The notes under the pieces were generated by a model. That model had not been told where the DNA came from. It ran no database searches and saw only the letters and a program-made list of their open reading frames with translations. The position numbers were made by a program, and so were the translations under genes. Of a stretch of DNA of 64,000 nucleotides, positions 9,946 through 20,474 are shown in pieces. Each line of letters starts with the position of its first letter. Within the stretch, counting starts at the first letter, position 1. This stretch comes from Longimicrobiales bacterium (GTDB lineage Bacteria > Gemmatimonadota > Gemmatimonadetes > Longimicrobiales > Gaopeijiaceae). The stretch is from NCBI GenBank assembly GCA_965248195.1, contig CBDFIQ010000001.1, positions 896,001 to 960,000 on the forward strand, read 5' to 3'.

Positions 9946-10920
9946 ATAGCGAAGTCGAGCCGTGTTCTTCTCGGCCTATTGGCCTTTTTTTACGCCGCGG
10001 TAAACGTTTCGCAACCGACAATGGCCCAACAAGGCACCGAAGCTACGTCCGCTATCTCCGCGGACTTCCCATTCGAATCCCGCTACGTAGAGGTCCTCGG
10101 CTCCCGTATGCACTACATCGACGAGGGCGAAGGCGAGCCCATTCTCTTCCTCCACGGCAACCCGACATCGTCCTATTTATGGCGCAACATCATCCCGTTC
10201 GTGACGGACGATTACCGGGCCGTAGCGGTCGACCTGATCGGCATGGGCAAGTCCGACAAACCGGACCTGGACTACACCTACCAGGATCATAAGCGCTACC
10301 TCGATGAGTTCATCGATGTCCTCGACCTGAGAAACGTCACCCTGGTCATCCACGACTGGGGGTCCGTGCTGGGGTTCGATTATGCGGTGGAGCACGACGA
10401 CAACGTCGTCGGCATCGCGTTCATGGAGTCGATTATCCCGCCCTCCTTCCCCAGATCCGAGCCCATGGGCGGCGCTCTGGGGAGGTATCGCACCGACGCA
10501 GGAGAGGACCTCATCCTCGAGCAGAACCAGTTCGTCGAGCAGATTCTTCCCCGAAGCGTGGTTCGCGGACTTACGGATGAAGAGATGGAATACTACCGGG
10601 GGCCCTACGCGACGCCGGAGTCCCGGGTGCCGACCCTGCAGTGGCCCCGCGAGCTGCCTGCCGCGGGGGAGCCCGCCCGGAACGTGGAGGTCGTGACCCG
10701 TATCGGTCGGTGGATGCAAGAAACCGACGTTCCGATGCTCTTCTTTTGGGCGCGGCCGGGCGCCCTCAACAACGAGGCGTTTGCCGAGGCGATGGTAGAA
10801 AGGGTGACGAACATTCAGACGGCGTTCGTCGGCGAGGGCCGCCATTTCATTCAGGAAGACCAACCCGAGATGATTGGCCGCACCTTGGCCGATTGGAGGC
10901 GACGCATCGGCGGGGATTGA
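9946..10920 (+). CDS. Secreted haloalkane dehalogenase (DhaA/LinB, HLD-II-like); natural start position reads ATA
   Basis: HGNPTSSYLWRN, IHDWGS nucleophile, AFMES acid, GRHFIQED base; RBS AAGGAG 9932-9937 precedes an in-frame ATA at 9946. Confidence 0.88.
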   Translation: MAKSSRVLLGLLAFFYAAVNVSQPTMAQQGTEATSAISADFPFESRYVEVLGSRMHYIDEGEGEPILFLHGNPTSSYLWRNIIPFVTDDYRAVAVDLIGMGKSDKPDLDYTYQDHKRYLDEFIDVLDLRNVTLVIHDWGSVLGFDYAVEHDDNVVGIAFMESIIPPSFPRSEPMGGALGRYRTDAGEDLILEQNQFVEQILPRSVVRGLTDEEMEYYRGPYATPESRVPTLQWPRELPAAGEPARNVEVVTRIGRWMQETDVPMLFFWARPGALNNEAFAEAMVERVTNIQTAFVGEGRHFIQEDQPEMIGRTLADWRRRIGGD

Positions 10921-10978
10921 GGGGCAGACTTTCAGACCGGACAAGACACCCCCTGGAGTGTGCTCATACTCGAATTAG

Positions 10979-11007
10979 TTGCTCAGACCCACCCGCGTGT
11001 GTAATGT
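10979..11007 (+). promoter_or_regulatory. sigma70-like promoter TTGCTC-N17-TAATGT for paralog 2
   Basis: Same architecture recurs upstream of paralogs 3 and 4. Confidence 0.6.
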
Positions 11008-11115
11008 CGAGGGCTAAAATAAGCCCTTGGCATATGGTTGAGCGTTACGGATGGTCCCGGGCCCTTTCTCGGACCTCATCAAGAACCCATGCCTACCTCA
11101 GCAAAGGAGAACACG

Positions 11116-13188
11116 ATGGGAAGCGACAATTCCCGACAGTCTCGGCACGTCTCAGCTTTTTTCGGACTCCCGCTCGCCCTCGCCATGGTGCTTTCCGTAC
11201 CGGTGGTGGCCATGGCACAGGGACCCGGGACCGAGGGGGGTCAGTGGACCTATCTCGGCGGTGACGCGTGGCACACCCGGTATACGCCGGCCGATCAAAT
11301 CAACGCGTCGAATTTCGAGGATCTCGAGGTAGCGTGGCAGTGGAACGCAGCCAGCTTCGGGCCCAGCACTTCTCGTGCGACCCCAACCTACGTTGACGGC
11401 AAGCTGATCACAGTCACGTCGGACCGTCGCAGCATGGTCGCGCTCAATCCTGGTACCGGCGAGCTACTCTGGAGCTTCACCGAGCCGAACACGGCGCGGT
11501 GGGAGTACTCGATGCGGGCCGGGTACGGCAAAGGCATCGCGTACGGCGAGCGTGATGGGCGGGGAGTGGCCTTCATCTCGACGCCAGGCTTTTTCCTCCA
11601 CGCACTGGACGTGGTCACGGGCGAGCCCCTCGCGAACTGGGGCGAAGCGGTTCCCGTCGACGGGTTCCCTCCGACCGGTAGCGTGGACCTCCTAGCCGAC
11701 TTGATCGACGGCTGGGGTCCGTGGGAGAACTGGAGTGAGCCATACGATGCGTACGCAGGGCTCCCCTTGGAGCTCGGGTACATCACGTCTTCCTCGCCGC
11801 CGATCGTGGTCAACGACGTCGTGGTCGTCGGCAACTCCGCCGAGCAGGGCTACCACCAGACGCGCATCGAAATGGTTCCGGGCGATATCCTGGGCTACGA
11901 TGCCAACACCGGCGACTTGAAGTGGAAGTTCCACGTGATCCCGCGCCCGGGCGAGTTCGGGCACGACACGTGGGAGAACGACGCGTGGTCGTGGACGGGC
12001 GACGTCTCGTCGTGGGCGCCGATGGCGGCCGATCCGGAGTTGGGTATCGTCTACATCCCGACCAACGGGGCTACGCAGGACTTCTACGGTGGATTCCGCC
12101 CGGGTGACAATCTCTTCAGCACGAGCCTGATCGCGCTGGACGTCGAGACAGGCGAGAGGGTGTGGCACTTCCAGATGGTCCATCACGACATCTGGAACTA
12201 CGACACTTCGACCGCTCCGGTTCTGATGGACGTCGTGGTCGACGGAGAAACGATCCCAGGCGTCTTCCAAACTGGGAAACAGTCCTTCGTTTACGCTTTG
12301 GACCGCAGGACAGGTGAGCCGATTTGGCCCATCGAAGAGCGTCCTGTCCCGCAGTCGAACGTCCCAGGCGAACATCTGTCGCCCACGCAGCCGTTCCCGA
12401 CGTGGCCACTGGCATACGAGCTGCAGGGCCGCCAAGAAGAGCACTTGATCGACTATACGCCGGAGATCCGGCAGATGGCGTACGACGTCGCCGTGGCGGG
12501 CGATCACTTCGCGCCACTCTTCAACCCCCCAACGAACGTGGGCAACCCACAGGGCGACGGGCCGGCGCGCATCTGTCCGGGCGGAGGCGGCGGTACCAAC
12601 ATTCCGGGGCCCACCGTGGCCGATCCGGTCGCGGGAGTCCTCTTCATCACCTCGGTGAGCGGTTGCTCATATGAGTTCCTGGAGCCGGGCGTAGACTCGC
12701 CGATGGATGGCGATCACCAGACGGGCACAACGATCACCGATTGGGCCCGAGGTGCGGAAGGTGATCGCCCGGCCCGGGAGGACGTCGAGGGTCTTTCGAT
12801 CTGGAAGGGCCCGGTCGGCCGGATCACCGCGATCGACATGAACTCTGGTGAGCATCTCTGGATGGTCCCGAACGGCGACGCGCCGCAGGAGGAGCAGGAC
12901 GCGATCCGAACTCACCCGCTCCTCCAGGGCGTCGATAACGTGCTTATCAATCGCGGTCGGCAAAGGCAATCGGTCATGGTCGCGACACCCACATTGCTGT
13001 TCTCTGCGGGCCAGACCGCGGACGACACCTGGAAGCTCTTCGCCATCGACAAGCGGACGGGTGAACGGGTGGGGGCAGTGGACATTCCTGGATCAACCCG
13101 GTACGGGATGTCGAGCTGGATGCACGAGGGCAAGCAGTACATCATCATCCAGCTAACGGACGGTCTAGCGGCGCTGGCACTGCCGTAA
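11116..13188 (+). CDS. Secreted PQQ-dependent dehydrogenase-like protein, paralog 2
   Basis: RBS AAGGAG; signal peptide ending AMA-Q; PQQ propeller motifs; HHDIWNYD. Confidence 0.88.
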   Translation: MGSDNSRQSRHVSAFFGLPLALAMVLSVPVVAMAQGPGTEGGQWTYLGGDAWHTRYTPADQINASNFEDLEVAWQWNAASFGPSTSRATPTYVDGKLITVTSDRRSMVALNPGTGELLWSFTEPNTARWEYSMRAGYGKGIAYGERDGRGVAFISTPGFFLHALDVVTGEPLANWGEAVPVDGFPPTGSVDLLADLIDGWGPWENWSEPYDAYAGLPLELGYITSSSPPIVVNDVVVVGNSAEQGYHQTRIEMVPGDILGYDANTGDLKWKFHVIPRPGEFGHDTWENDAWSWTGDVSSWAPMAADPELGIVYIPTNGATQDFYGGFRPGDNLFSTSLIALDVETGERVWHFQMVHHDIWNYDTSTAPVLMDVVVDGETIPGVFQTGKQSFVYALDRRTGEPIWPIEERPVPQSNVPGEHLSPTQPFPTWPLAYELQGRQEEHLIDYTPEIRQMAYDVAVAGDHFAPLFNPPTNVGNPQGDGPARICPGGGGGTNIPGPTVADPVAGVLFITSVSGCSYEFLEPGVDSPMDGDHQTGTTITDWARGAEGDRPAREDVEGLSIWKGPVGRITAIDMNSGEHLWMVPNGDAPQEEQDAIRTHPLLQGVDNVLINRGRQRQSVMVATPTLLFSAGQTADDTWKLFAIDKRTGERVGAVDIPGSTRYGMSSWMHEGKQYIIIQLTDGLAALALP

Positions 13189-13220
13189 AGCCTTAGGCGG
13201 ATCCCGATACGCGGATCCGA

Positions 13221-13263
13221 AAGAAGCCCCGGGGGGACTGTCTCCTTCCGGGGCTTCTTTTTT
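13221..13263 (+). terminator. Rho-independent terminator
   Basis: aagaagccccgg...ccggggcttctt stem followed by a T run. Confidence 0.8.
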
Positions 13264-13308
13264 CGCCCAAATTCCGCTCGAGGAGGCGTCCCGTGGGTGG
13301 ATTTCAGG

Positions 13309-13337
13309 TTGCCGATAGTCACTTGTCCGCGTACCGT
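13309..13337 (+). promoter_or_regulatory. sigma70-like promoter TTGCCG-N17-TACCGT for paralog 3
   Basis: Similar to the element at 15641-15669. Confidence 0.55.
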
Positions 13338-13407
13338 TCGCCGTTAATTCAGACTCTTGGGATAGTCACTGCGCCTACCGAATGTCCTCAGTCACGCTAC
13401 TCGGATC

Positions 13408-13447
13408 CGTCAGATACCCTGGGCCTACGTCAGATACCTGGGCCTAC
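13408..13447. repeat. ~20-bp tandem duplication in the paralog 3 leader
   Basis: cgtcagataccctgggccta / cgtcagatacctgggccta. Confidence 0.85.
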
Positions 13448-13468
13448 AATCAGCAAAGGAGAACACCA

Positions 13469-15551
13469 ATGGAACGCGACAACTCCTCGCGATCTCGTCA
13501 CTCGTCCCCCGTACGATGGCTCGCCCTGGCGTTCGGCGCCGTGCTTGCGCTGCCGTTGGCAAGCGTGGCTTAGGGTCCCGGGACCGAGGACGGCCAGTGG
13601 ACGTATCTCGGCGGTGATGCGTGGCACACGCGCTACACGACGGCCGACCAAATCAACGCGTCGAACTTCGAGGATCTCGAAGTTGCGTGGAGGTTCAACG
13701 CGGCCAGCTTTGGGCCGAGCACGCCTCGCGCCACTCCGTCCTATGTGGACGGAAGGCTGATCACGGTCACCGGAGAGCGTCGCGCCATGATCGCGCTCGA
13801 CCCTGCGACGGGCGAGCTGCTCTGGAGCTTCACCGAGCCGAACACGGGCCGGTATGAGTACTCCATGAGGTATTCCTACGGCAAAGGCATCGCGTACGGT
13901 GAGCGTGACGGCCGGGGAGTCGCTTTCATCTCGACCCCGGGCTTCTTCCTCCACGCCTTGGACGTCGTGACCGGCGAGCCTCTCGCAAACTGGGGAGTGG
14001 GCGTTCCCATCGAAGGGTTCCCGCCCACCGGCAGCCAGGATGTCCTGGCCGACTTGATCGACGGCTGGGGCCCATGGGAGAACGCGGGTCGGCCGTTCGA
14101 CCCGGCAGCCGGAATCCCGCTCGAGCTCGGATACATCACGTCGTCCTCGCCACCGATCGTAGTCAATGACGTCGTGGTCGTCGGGAACTCCGCTGAACAG
14201 GGTTATCTCCAGACGCGCATCGAGAACATACCGGGCGACATCTTGGCGTACGACGCGCAGACGGGTGACCTGAAGTGGAAGTTTCACATCATCCCGCGGC
14301 CCGGCGAGTTCGGGCACGACACCTGGGAGAACGATGCGTGGCAATGGACGGGCGACGTGTCGTCGTGGGCGCCCATGTCGGCGGATCCCGAGCTGGGGCT
14401 GGTCTACATCGTGACGAACGGGGTGACGATCGACTACTACGGCGGCCACAGTCCGGGCGACAACCTTTACAGCACGAGCATTCTCGCGCTGGACGTGCAA
14501 ACGGGTGAGCGGGCCTGGCATTACCAGATGGTGCACCACGACATCTGGAACTACGACACGCCCACGGCTCCGATCCTGATGGATGTGAACGTGGACGGTC
14601 GCGAGGTCAAAGGGCTCTTCCAGGCGACCAAGCAGAACTTCCTGTACGCTCTGGACCGTGAGACGGGTGAGCCGATCTGGCCGATCGAGGAGCGAGCGGT
14701 GCCCGCGTCGAACGTCCCGGGTGAGAAGCTGTCTCCGACGCAGCCGTTTCCGACGAGGCCGGCTCCGTACGACGTTCAGGGTCGCAGCGAAGAGAACCTG
14801 ATCGACTACACGCCGGAAATCTACCAGATGGCGCTCCAGGTCGCGCAGGACGGCAATCTCTTCAACGCCTTGTTCGACCCGCCCCGGACCATAGACGATC
14901 CGCTCGGACCCGCCTGGAATTGTCCCGGTGGCGGAGGAGGTGTCAACATTACCGGACCGCCTGTGGCCGATCCGGTCGAGGGGGTCATGTTCATCACGTC
15001 GACGGGCAACTGCTTCCGGCTACAGGTGGAGCCCGGAATCACCTCGAGCATGGATAGCCCCGAGCAGTCAGGAACGACGCACGCCGACTGGGTGGCTGTG
15101 GCCACTTCCGTCCCGGGGGGGGGCCAGAGCGACGCTCAACGGTCAGGCCAACGGTCTGCCGATTTGGAAGGGTCCGGCCGGGCGGATCACCGCGATCGAC
15201 GTGAACACCGGCGAGCATCTCTGGGTCATCCCACACGGTGACGCGCCGCAGCAGCAACAGGACATGATCCGCAATCACCCGCTGCTTCAAGGCGTCCAGG
15301 GTGTGGATGTGAACCGCGGACGTGGTGGGCACTCCACGATGGTAGCGTCACCCACGTTGCTGTTCGCCACCGGCCAGACGGCCGACGGCGTCTGGAAACT
15401 CTTTGCCATCGACAAGCAGACCGGCGAACGGGTGGGAACGGTGGATATTCCTGGCTCCAGCAGATACGGAATGTCCAGTTGGATGCACGGAGGCAAGCAG
15501 TACATCATCGTCCAGTTGAATGACGGTCTGGCGGCAATGGCGCTGCCGTAA
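13469..15551 (+). pseudogene. PQQ dehydrogenase-like paralog 3 with a nonsense codon and a frameshift
   Basis: TAG at 13571-13573 where paralogs have Gln (VA*GPG vs MAQGPG); +1 shift at the G9 run 15115-15123; otherwise collinear with paralogs 2 and 4. Confidence 0.85.
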
Positions 15552-15585
15552 TGTCTTAGTCGGATCCCCTTCCGTGGATTCCAGA

Positions 15586-15618
15586 AAGCCCCGGGGACTG
15601 GATGTCTCCGGGGCTTCT
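15586..15618 (+). terminator. Terminator hairpin homologous to the one at 13221
   Basis: aagccccgg...ccggggctt. Confidence 0.7.
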
Positions 15619-15640
15619 GTCTTGGAGAATCGTCTCGCGA

Positions 15641-15669
15641 TTGCCGATGAGCACTTGCGCGCCTAATGT
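15641..15669 (+). promoter_or_regulatory. sigma70-like promoter TTGCCG-N17-TAATGT for paralog 4
   Basis: Near-consensus hexamers with 17-bp spacing; conserved among paralogs. Confidence 0.6.
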
Positions 15670-15676
15670 CGGAAGC

Positions 15677-15711
15677 TGGAGCGGACTCTTGGTGTTTGGA
15701 GCGGACTCTTG
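15677..15711. repeat. 15-bp direct repeat with 20-bp period in the paralog 4 leader
   Basis: tggagcggactcttg at 15677-15691 and 15697-15711. Confidence 0.85.
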
Positions 15712-15752
15712 ATGAAAGGTCTCCGGGCCTAACTCAGCACAGGGAGAATACC

Positions 15753-17822
15753 ATGGAAAACGACAACTCCTCGCGGTCTCGGCATCCGTCCCCCTTCCTT
15801 TGGCTCGCCCTGGCTTTCGGCGCTGTCCTATCGGCGCCGATCAGCGGCATGGCGCAGGGGCCGGGAACGACCAACGGTGACTGGACCTTCCTCGGTGGGG
15901 ACGCGTGGCACACCCGGTACGCGCCTGCAGCCGAGATCAACGCCTCGAATTTCGAAGACCTCGAGGTCGCGTGGAGGTGGGACGCGTCCAGCTTCGGGCC
16001 GAGCACGCCTCGTGCGACCCCGTCTCTTATCGATGGAAAGCTGATTACGGTCACGGGAGACCGGCGGCACGTGGTAGCCCTCGACCCTTCCACTGGTGAG
16101 CTCCTGTGGAGCTTCACCGAGCCGAATACGCCCCGCTTCGAGTACTCCATGCGCGCGGGCTACGGAAAGGGGATCGCGTACGGTGAGATCGACGGGAGGG
16201 GCGTCGTGTACATCTCGACCCCTGCGTTCTTCCTTCACGCGTTGGATATCGAGACTGGCGAGCCGCTCGCTAACTGGGGCGAGAGTGTGCCCATCGAGGG
16301 GTTCCCGCCCTCGGGCAGCGTGGACCTCGTCGCGGACCTGATCGAGGACTGGGGCCCGTGGGAGAACCTGAACCAGACGTACGATCCCAACCAGGGGATT
16401 CCGCTGGAGCTCGGCTACATCACGAGCTCGTCACCGCCGATCGTGGTCAACGACGTGGTGATCGTGGGGAATTCGGCCGAGCAGGGCTACACCCAGACAC
16501 GTCAGGAGATGGTCCCGGGCGACATCCTGGCGTACGACGCTCGCACCGGAGCGTTCAAGTGGAAGTTTCACGTCGTCCCGCGCCCGGGCGAGTTCGGGCA
16601 CGAGACGTGGGAGAGCGACGCCTGGCGGTGGACCGGCGACGTCTCGTCTTGGGCGCCGATGTCGGCCGATCCGGAGCTGGGCATCGTCTACATCCCGACC
16701 AACACGGTCACCATCGACTACTACGGTGGCTTTCACCCCGGCGACAACCTCTACAGCACCAGCCTCATCGCCCTCGACGTAGAGACGGGCGAACGAAAGT
16801 GGCACTTTCAGCTGGTCCATCACGACATCTGGAACTACGACACGTCCGCGGCGCCGATCTTGATGGATGTCACCGTCGATGGCGAGCAGATCCCGGGGGT
16901 GTTCCAGGCCACCAAGCAGGCCTTCCTCTACGCGTTCAACCGCGAAACAGGCGAGCCGATCTGGCCGATCGAGGAGCGCCCGGTGCCGCTGTCGAGGGTG
17001 CCGGGTGAGCAGGTAGCGACGACGCAGCCGTTTCCGACCAGGCCGGCGGCGTTCGACCTTCAGGGCCGCACCGAGGACCACCTCATCGACTACACACCCG
17101 AGATTCGGCAGAGGGCGCTGGAGGTCGCGAGGGACGGCGATCTGTTCGCACACATGTTCAACCCGCCTGCGTATGTGGGCGATCCAGAGGCCTCGGGGCG
17201 GGTCTGTCCGGGGGGTGGGGGCGGCGTGAACATCGGCGGCGCACCCGTGGCGGATCCCGTGGCGGGCGTGATGTTCATCTCGTCGCAGAGTGGGTGCGGC
17301 CGCAACCTGGTTGCCCCCGCCATCGACTCCCCGTTGGACGGCCCCGACCAGACGGGGGTGACCCACTCCGCTTTCTCGGCGGCGCAGGGTGTGGAGGGTC
17401 CACCACCCGTAGAGAACATCGACGGTCTTCCGATCTGGAAGGGCCCCGCGGGCAGGATCAGCGCGGTCGACCTGAACACCGGTGAGTACCTCTGGGTAAT
17501 TCCGAACGGCGACGCACCGCAAGAGCAGCAGGATGCGATCCGAAATCACCCCCTGCTTCAGGGGGTGGATAACGTGATGGTCAACCGCGGCCGGGGCGGC
17601 CTCGCGGCGATGGTCGCGACGTCTACGTTACTCTTGGCTTCCGGTCGAACCGCGGACGGAACCTGGAACCTCTTTGCCATCGATAAGCAGACCGGCGAAC
17701 GGGTGGGAGCGGTGGAGCTTCCCGGATCTACCCGGTACGGGATGTCGAGCTGGGTGCACGAGGGTAAGCAGTACGTGATCATCCAGTTGCCGGACGGACT
17801 GGCGGCGATGGCGCTGCCGTGA
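15753..17822 (+). CDS. Secreted PQQ-dependent dehydrogenase-like protein, paralog 4
   Basis: RBS GGGAG; signal peptide ending [12 protein letters not shown]; highly similar to paralogs 2 and 3. Confidence 0.88.
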   Translation: MENDNSSRSRHPSPFLWLALAFGAVLSAPISGMAQGPGTTNGDWTFLGGDAWHTRYAPAAEINASNFEDLEVAWRWDASSFGPSTPRATPSLIDGKLITVTGDRRHVVALDPSTGELLWSFTEPNTPRFEYSMRAGYGKGIAYGEIDGRGVVYISTPAFFLHALDIETGEPLANWGESVPIEGFPPSGSVDLVADLIEDWGPWENLNQTYDPNQGIPLELGYITSSSPPIVVNDVVIVGNSAEQGYTQTRQEMVPGDILAYDARTGAFKWKFHVVPRPGEFGHETWESDAWRWTGDVSSWAPMSADPELGIVYIPTNTVTIDYYGGFHPGDNLYSTSLIALDVETGERKWHFQLVHHDIWNYDTSAAPILMDVTVDGEQIPGVFQATKQAFLYAFNRETGEPIWPIEERPVPLSRVPGEQVATTQPFPTRPAAFDLQGRTEDHLIDYTPEIRQRALEVARDGDLFAHMFNPPAYVGDPEASGRVCPGGGGGVNIGGAPVADPVAGVMFISSQSGCGRNLVAPAIDSPLDGPDQTGVTHSAFSAAQGVEGPPPVENIDGLPIWKGPAGRISAVDLNTGEYLWVIPNGDAPQEQQDAIRNHPLLQGVDNVMVNRGRGGLAAMVATSTLLLASGRTADGTWNLFAIDKQTGERVGAVELPGSTRYGMSSWVHEGKQYVIIQLPDGLAAMALP

Positions 17823-17855
17823 CGACTTAGTCACTACGGTAGGCGAATCCGAGAG

Positions 17856-17890
17856 ACGGCCCGGCGGGACTAGATTCCTCCGGGCCGTTG
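17856..17890. terminator. Hairpin terminator between convergent genes
   Basis: acggcccgg...ccgggccgt. Confidence 0.65.
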
Positions 17891-17903
17891 TCCTGTGGTA
17901 TCC

Positions 17904-19265
17904 TCAGAAGTTGCCGCCACCACCCCCGCGCGGGAACCGGTTGTTTACGACGTTGTTGAAGATCGAACCGAACTGGTATGAGAGTCCAAAGTTCAACGAC
18001 GCCCGGGAGTCGGTCTGCTGCGTTTGCAGCTCGAGCAACCTTTCCTCGTCGCTCAAGTCCCCCCCAGGCAGGAAGATCTGGTCACGTATCCTCGAATATG
18101 AGGCGCCCACATTCAGGTCGAGCCCGCGTGTGATCCGAAAACTCAGAAACCCACGCAGAGAAACATTGTTCAGCGCCACATCGTGAAGGTAGGTCGATCC
18201 GGTCAGCCGGATGGTGGCGTTCCCCCAAGGTTGTCGTTGCGAGAATTGAAGGGTGAGTGCCTGCTCCCCGCGGAGTTCCTCTTCTTCTCCAAGAAGGGTC
18301 TCCTCGAAGTACTCTCGGTACACCGGACCGACCTCGTAGAACGCCGTCATTGAGCGACGGGTCGCCTCTTCGTAAGGGAAGAAGCTGTACTCGATCGCCG
18401 GGTTCACCTGCCCCCAGAGGCTCTGGTTGGTCCTAGTGTTGCGCCCAACATTGGACCTGATGCCGATGGACAAATGTTCGGCGACGGAGTAGACCACCCG
18501 CGCGAAGAAGCCCCAGTCGTATCTGCTATCGATGAACCGAGAGCCGTCATTGAGCTCGAACTCTTGCCTGCTGTTGCGATAGTTTCCGTTGTAGCTCTGC
18601 CTCCAGGTCGGGGTCACCCGAAAAGCGTTGATACCGGCTCCCAACTCCCGGCTCTCCTGCCTCGACTCAGTGTCGATATCTCCGTTCGCGCTCACACGGA
18701 AGACCCAAAGTTTCCAGGGGTCCTGCACATCGTCTGGCGAGAGGACCCCCGCCGGTTACGTGTCGAGGTTCGCGTTCACCTCACCAACGGGGGCAAGACC
18801 ATCGAGCTCAACGACGTTCCTGTATCCGGACTCCGTTGCGAAGGTGGCAAGCCCGAGACCCAACGTGAGCGCAACGCCGTCGAGCCGCTCCCTTTGAGTG
18901 TCGGTCGGGAGGGATTGATAGAGGGTCCGGGTCTCATAGTCCTGATACATGCCGCGTCCGAGGAAGTCGAGCTGGTACTCCCTCCCGCCTGCTCCGGTGT
19001 TCTGGCTTGTCATGATCACATGGACATTGGCGTCCTGCTGATCCCGGACCCACGCCACCCAGGCGATCTCCGTCCGGTAGTAGCGGTTGTCGCACTCGCG
19101 CCCACGGCAGTCGAAGAATACGCGAGGTACCGTGGTAGGGGCTCGGGGCAGCAGATCCTGCGCCTTCAGCGGGGCCGCCGGAAACGAGAGGCCCGCAATC
19201 AGAACGGTCAACGAGAGGAGTGACGGCCAATCTACGCGCTGCATCCACCTTTGCGCTGGATCCAC
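17904..19265 (-). pseudogene. Exported / outer-membrane beta-barrel-like protein interrupted by an in-frame TAA
   Basis: ORFs 18756-19265 and 17904-18728 are in the same frame, separated only by TAA 18756-18758 (NLDT*PAGVLSPDDVQDPW); signal peptide; beta-rich C-terminal half. Confidence 0.75.
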
Positions 19266-19379
19266 TTTCCCTTCCCTTGTCGGAGGCTTGGAAACCCTGT
19301 GATTCCACGGCTACAGGACGAAGACCCTAACACTCGAACGCCTTCGGCGGATACCCCAACCCGCGACAGCTCGACACCG

Positions 19380-20474
19380 TCACACCACCAGCATCGCCTC
19401 CACCACCAACCCGGGGCCAAAGGCGAGGGCCACGCAGGGAAGCGCGGCGCCTTCCTTCCTGAGCCGCTCCAGGACGAAGAGCACGGTCGGCGACGACATG
19501 TTCCCCTGGGCCCGGAGGATATCCCGGGACACGTCCAGGCTGCCGTTTCCCAGGGCCAGGGCGTCCTCCACTGCGTCTAGAATCCGTGGCCCGCCGGGAT
19601 GTACAGCCCAACTCCCAACATCGTCCACGGTGAGCCCTTGGTGCTGTAGCCAGCCCCCGAGCCACCCGCCGAGATTTGTCCGGATCAATTCGGGGACCTC
19701 GGCCGAGAGCGTCATGCGGAAGCCGTGGTCGCCGATGCGCCAGGACATGGCGTCGCCGGACTCAGGCATGAGAAAAGTCCCTTGGGCCTGCACGCTCCAC
19801 CCGGAGGTCGCTCCATTTTGCACGGGCGTGCCCACCACCGCTGCCGCTCCATCCGCGAACAGGGTGTTGGCCACGATCATCTCCGAATTCCATCCATAGG
19901 CGAAATGAAGGCTGCACAGTTCCACGGCGCAGAGGAGGACCCGCGCCCCTGCTTCCCCCGCCTGCGACGCGGCCACCCGCAGCCCGTTGAGGGCCCCGTG
20001 GCACCCCATGAATCCAACGTGGGTGCGATGCACCGTGCGCGGCATCCCCAGCGCGTCGATGAGGCCCGCGTCGAGACCCGGGGAGAAGAAGCCCGTGCAC
20101 GACACGGTGACCAGATGGGTGATGGCATCCACAGAGGTGGATGCATCCTCCAGGGCCCGCCACGCCGCCGCCTCGGCCAGAGCCGGCGCTTCAGCTTCGT
20201 ACCAGGCCATGCGCTGACCCGTGGTGGGTCCCCGATCTTCCGGCCCGTTGGCGGCCGGATAGCGCGGCACCCGTTCCTGCAGCGTTCCTTGGTCGCTTTG
20301 CACCATCACGGTGTTTCGGGTCTCCACTCCGGACCGGCCATAGAGCATGCGGAGCGCGCGGGCCTGCCTGGCGTCGGCTGCGCAGAAGGCGCCGCTCGCT
20401 TCGGCGGCGTCGGTTTGTTTCAGAACGCCAGACGGGACGGCCGTGCCCAGGCCGGACAGCTGGAGCTTCACCAT
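19380..20474 (-). CDS. Type III polyketide synthase (chalcone/stilbene synthase family)
   Basis: Cys-His-Asn triad contexts FMGCHG, VHPGGPRIL and GNMSS; AFGPGL. Confidence 0.95.
   Translation of the reverse strand: MVKLQLSGLGTAVPSGVLKQTDAAEASGAFCAADARQARALRMLYGRSGVETRNTVMVQSDQGTLQERVPRYPAANGPEDRGPTTGQRMAWYEAEAPALAEAAAWRALEDASTSVDAITHLVTVSCTGFFSPGLDAGLIDALGMPRTVHRTHVGFMGCHGALNGLRVAASQAGEAGARVLLCAVELCSLHFAYGWNSEMIVANTLFADGAAAVVGTPVQNGATSGWSVQAQGTFLMPESGDAMSWRIGDHGFRMTLSAEVPELIRTNLGGWLGGWLQHQGLTVDDVGSWAVHPGGPRILDAVEDALALGNGSLDVSRDILRAQGNMSSPTVLFVLERLRKEGAALPCVALAFGPGLVVEAMLVV

Noticed and set aside
13571..13573. TAG recoding (pyrrolysine or alternative genetic code)
   Set aside because: TAG is used as a normal stop in many genes here, no pyl genes are present, and the same gene has a second lesion
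7849..17822. Diversity-generating retroelement or invertase shufflon acting on the PQQ paralogs
   Set aside because: No reverse transcriptase or recombinase nearby, all copies are in the same orientation, and differences are not visibly adenine-specific
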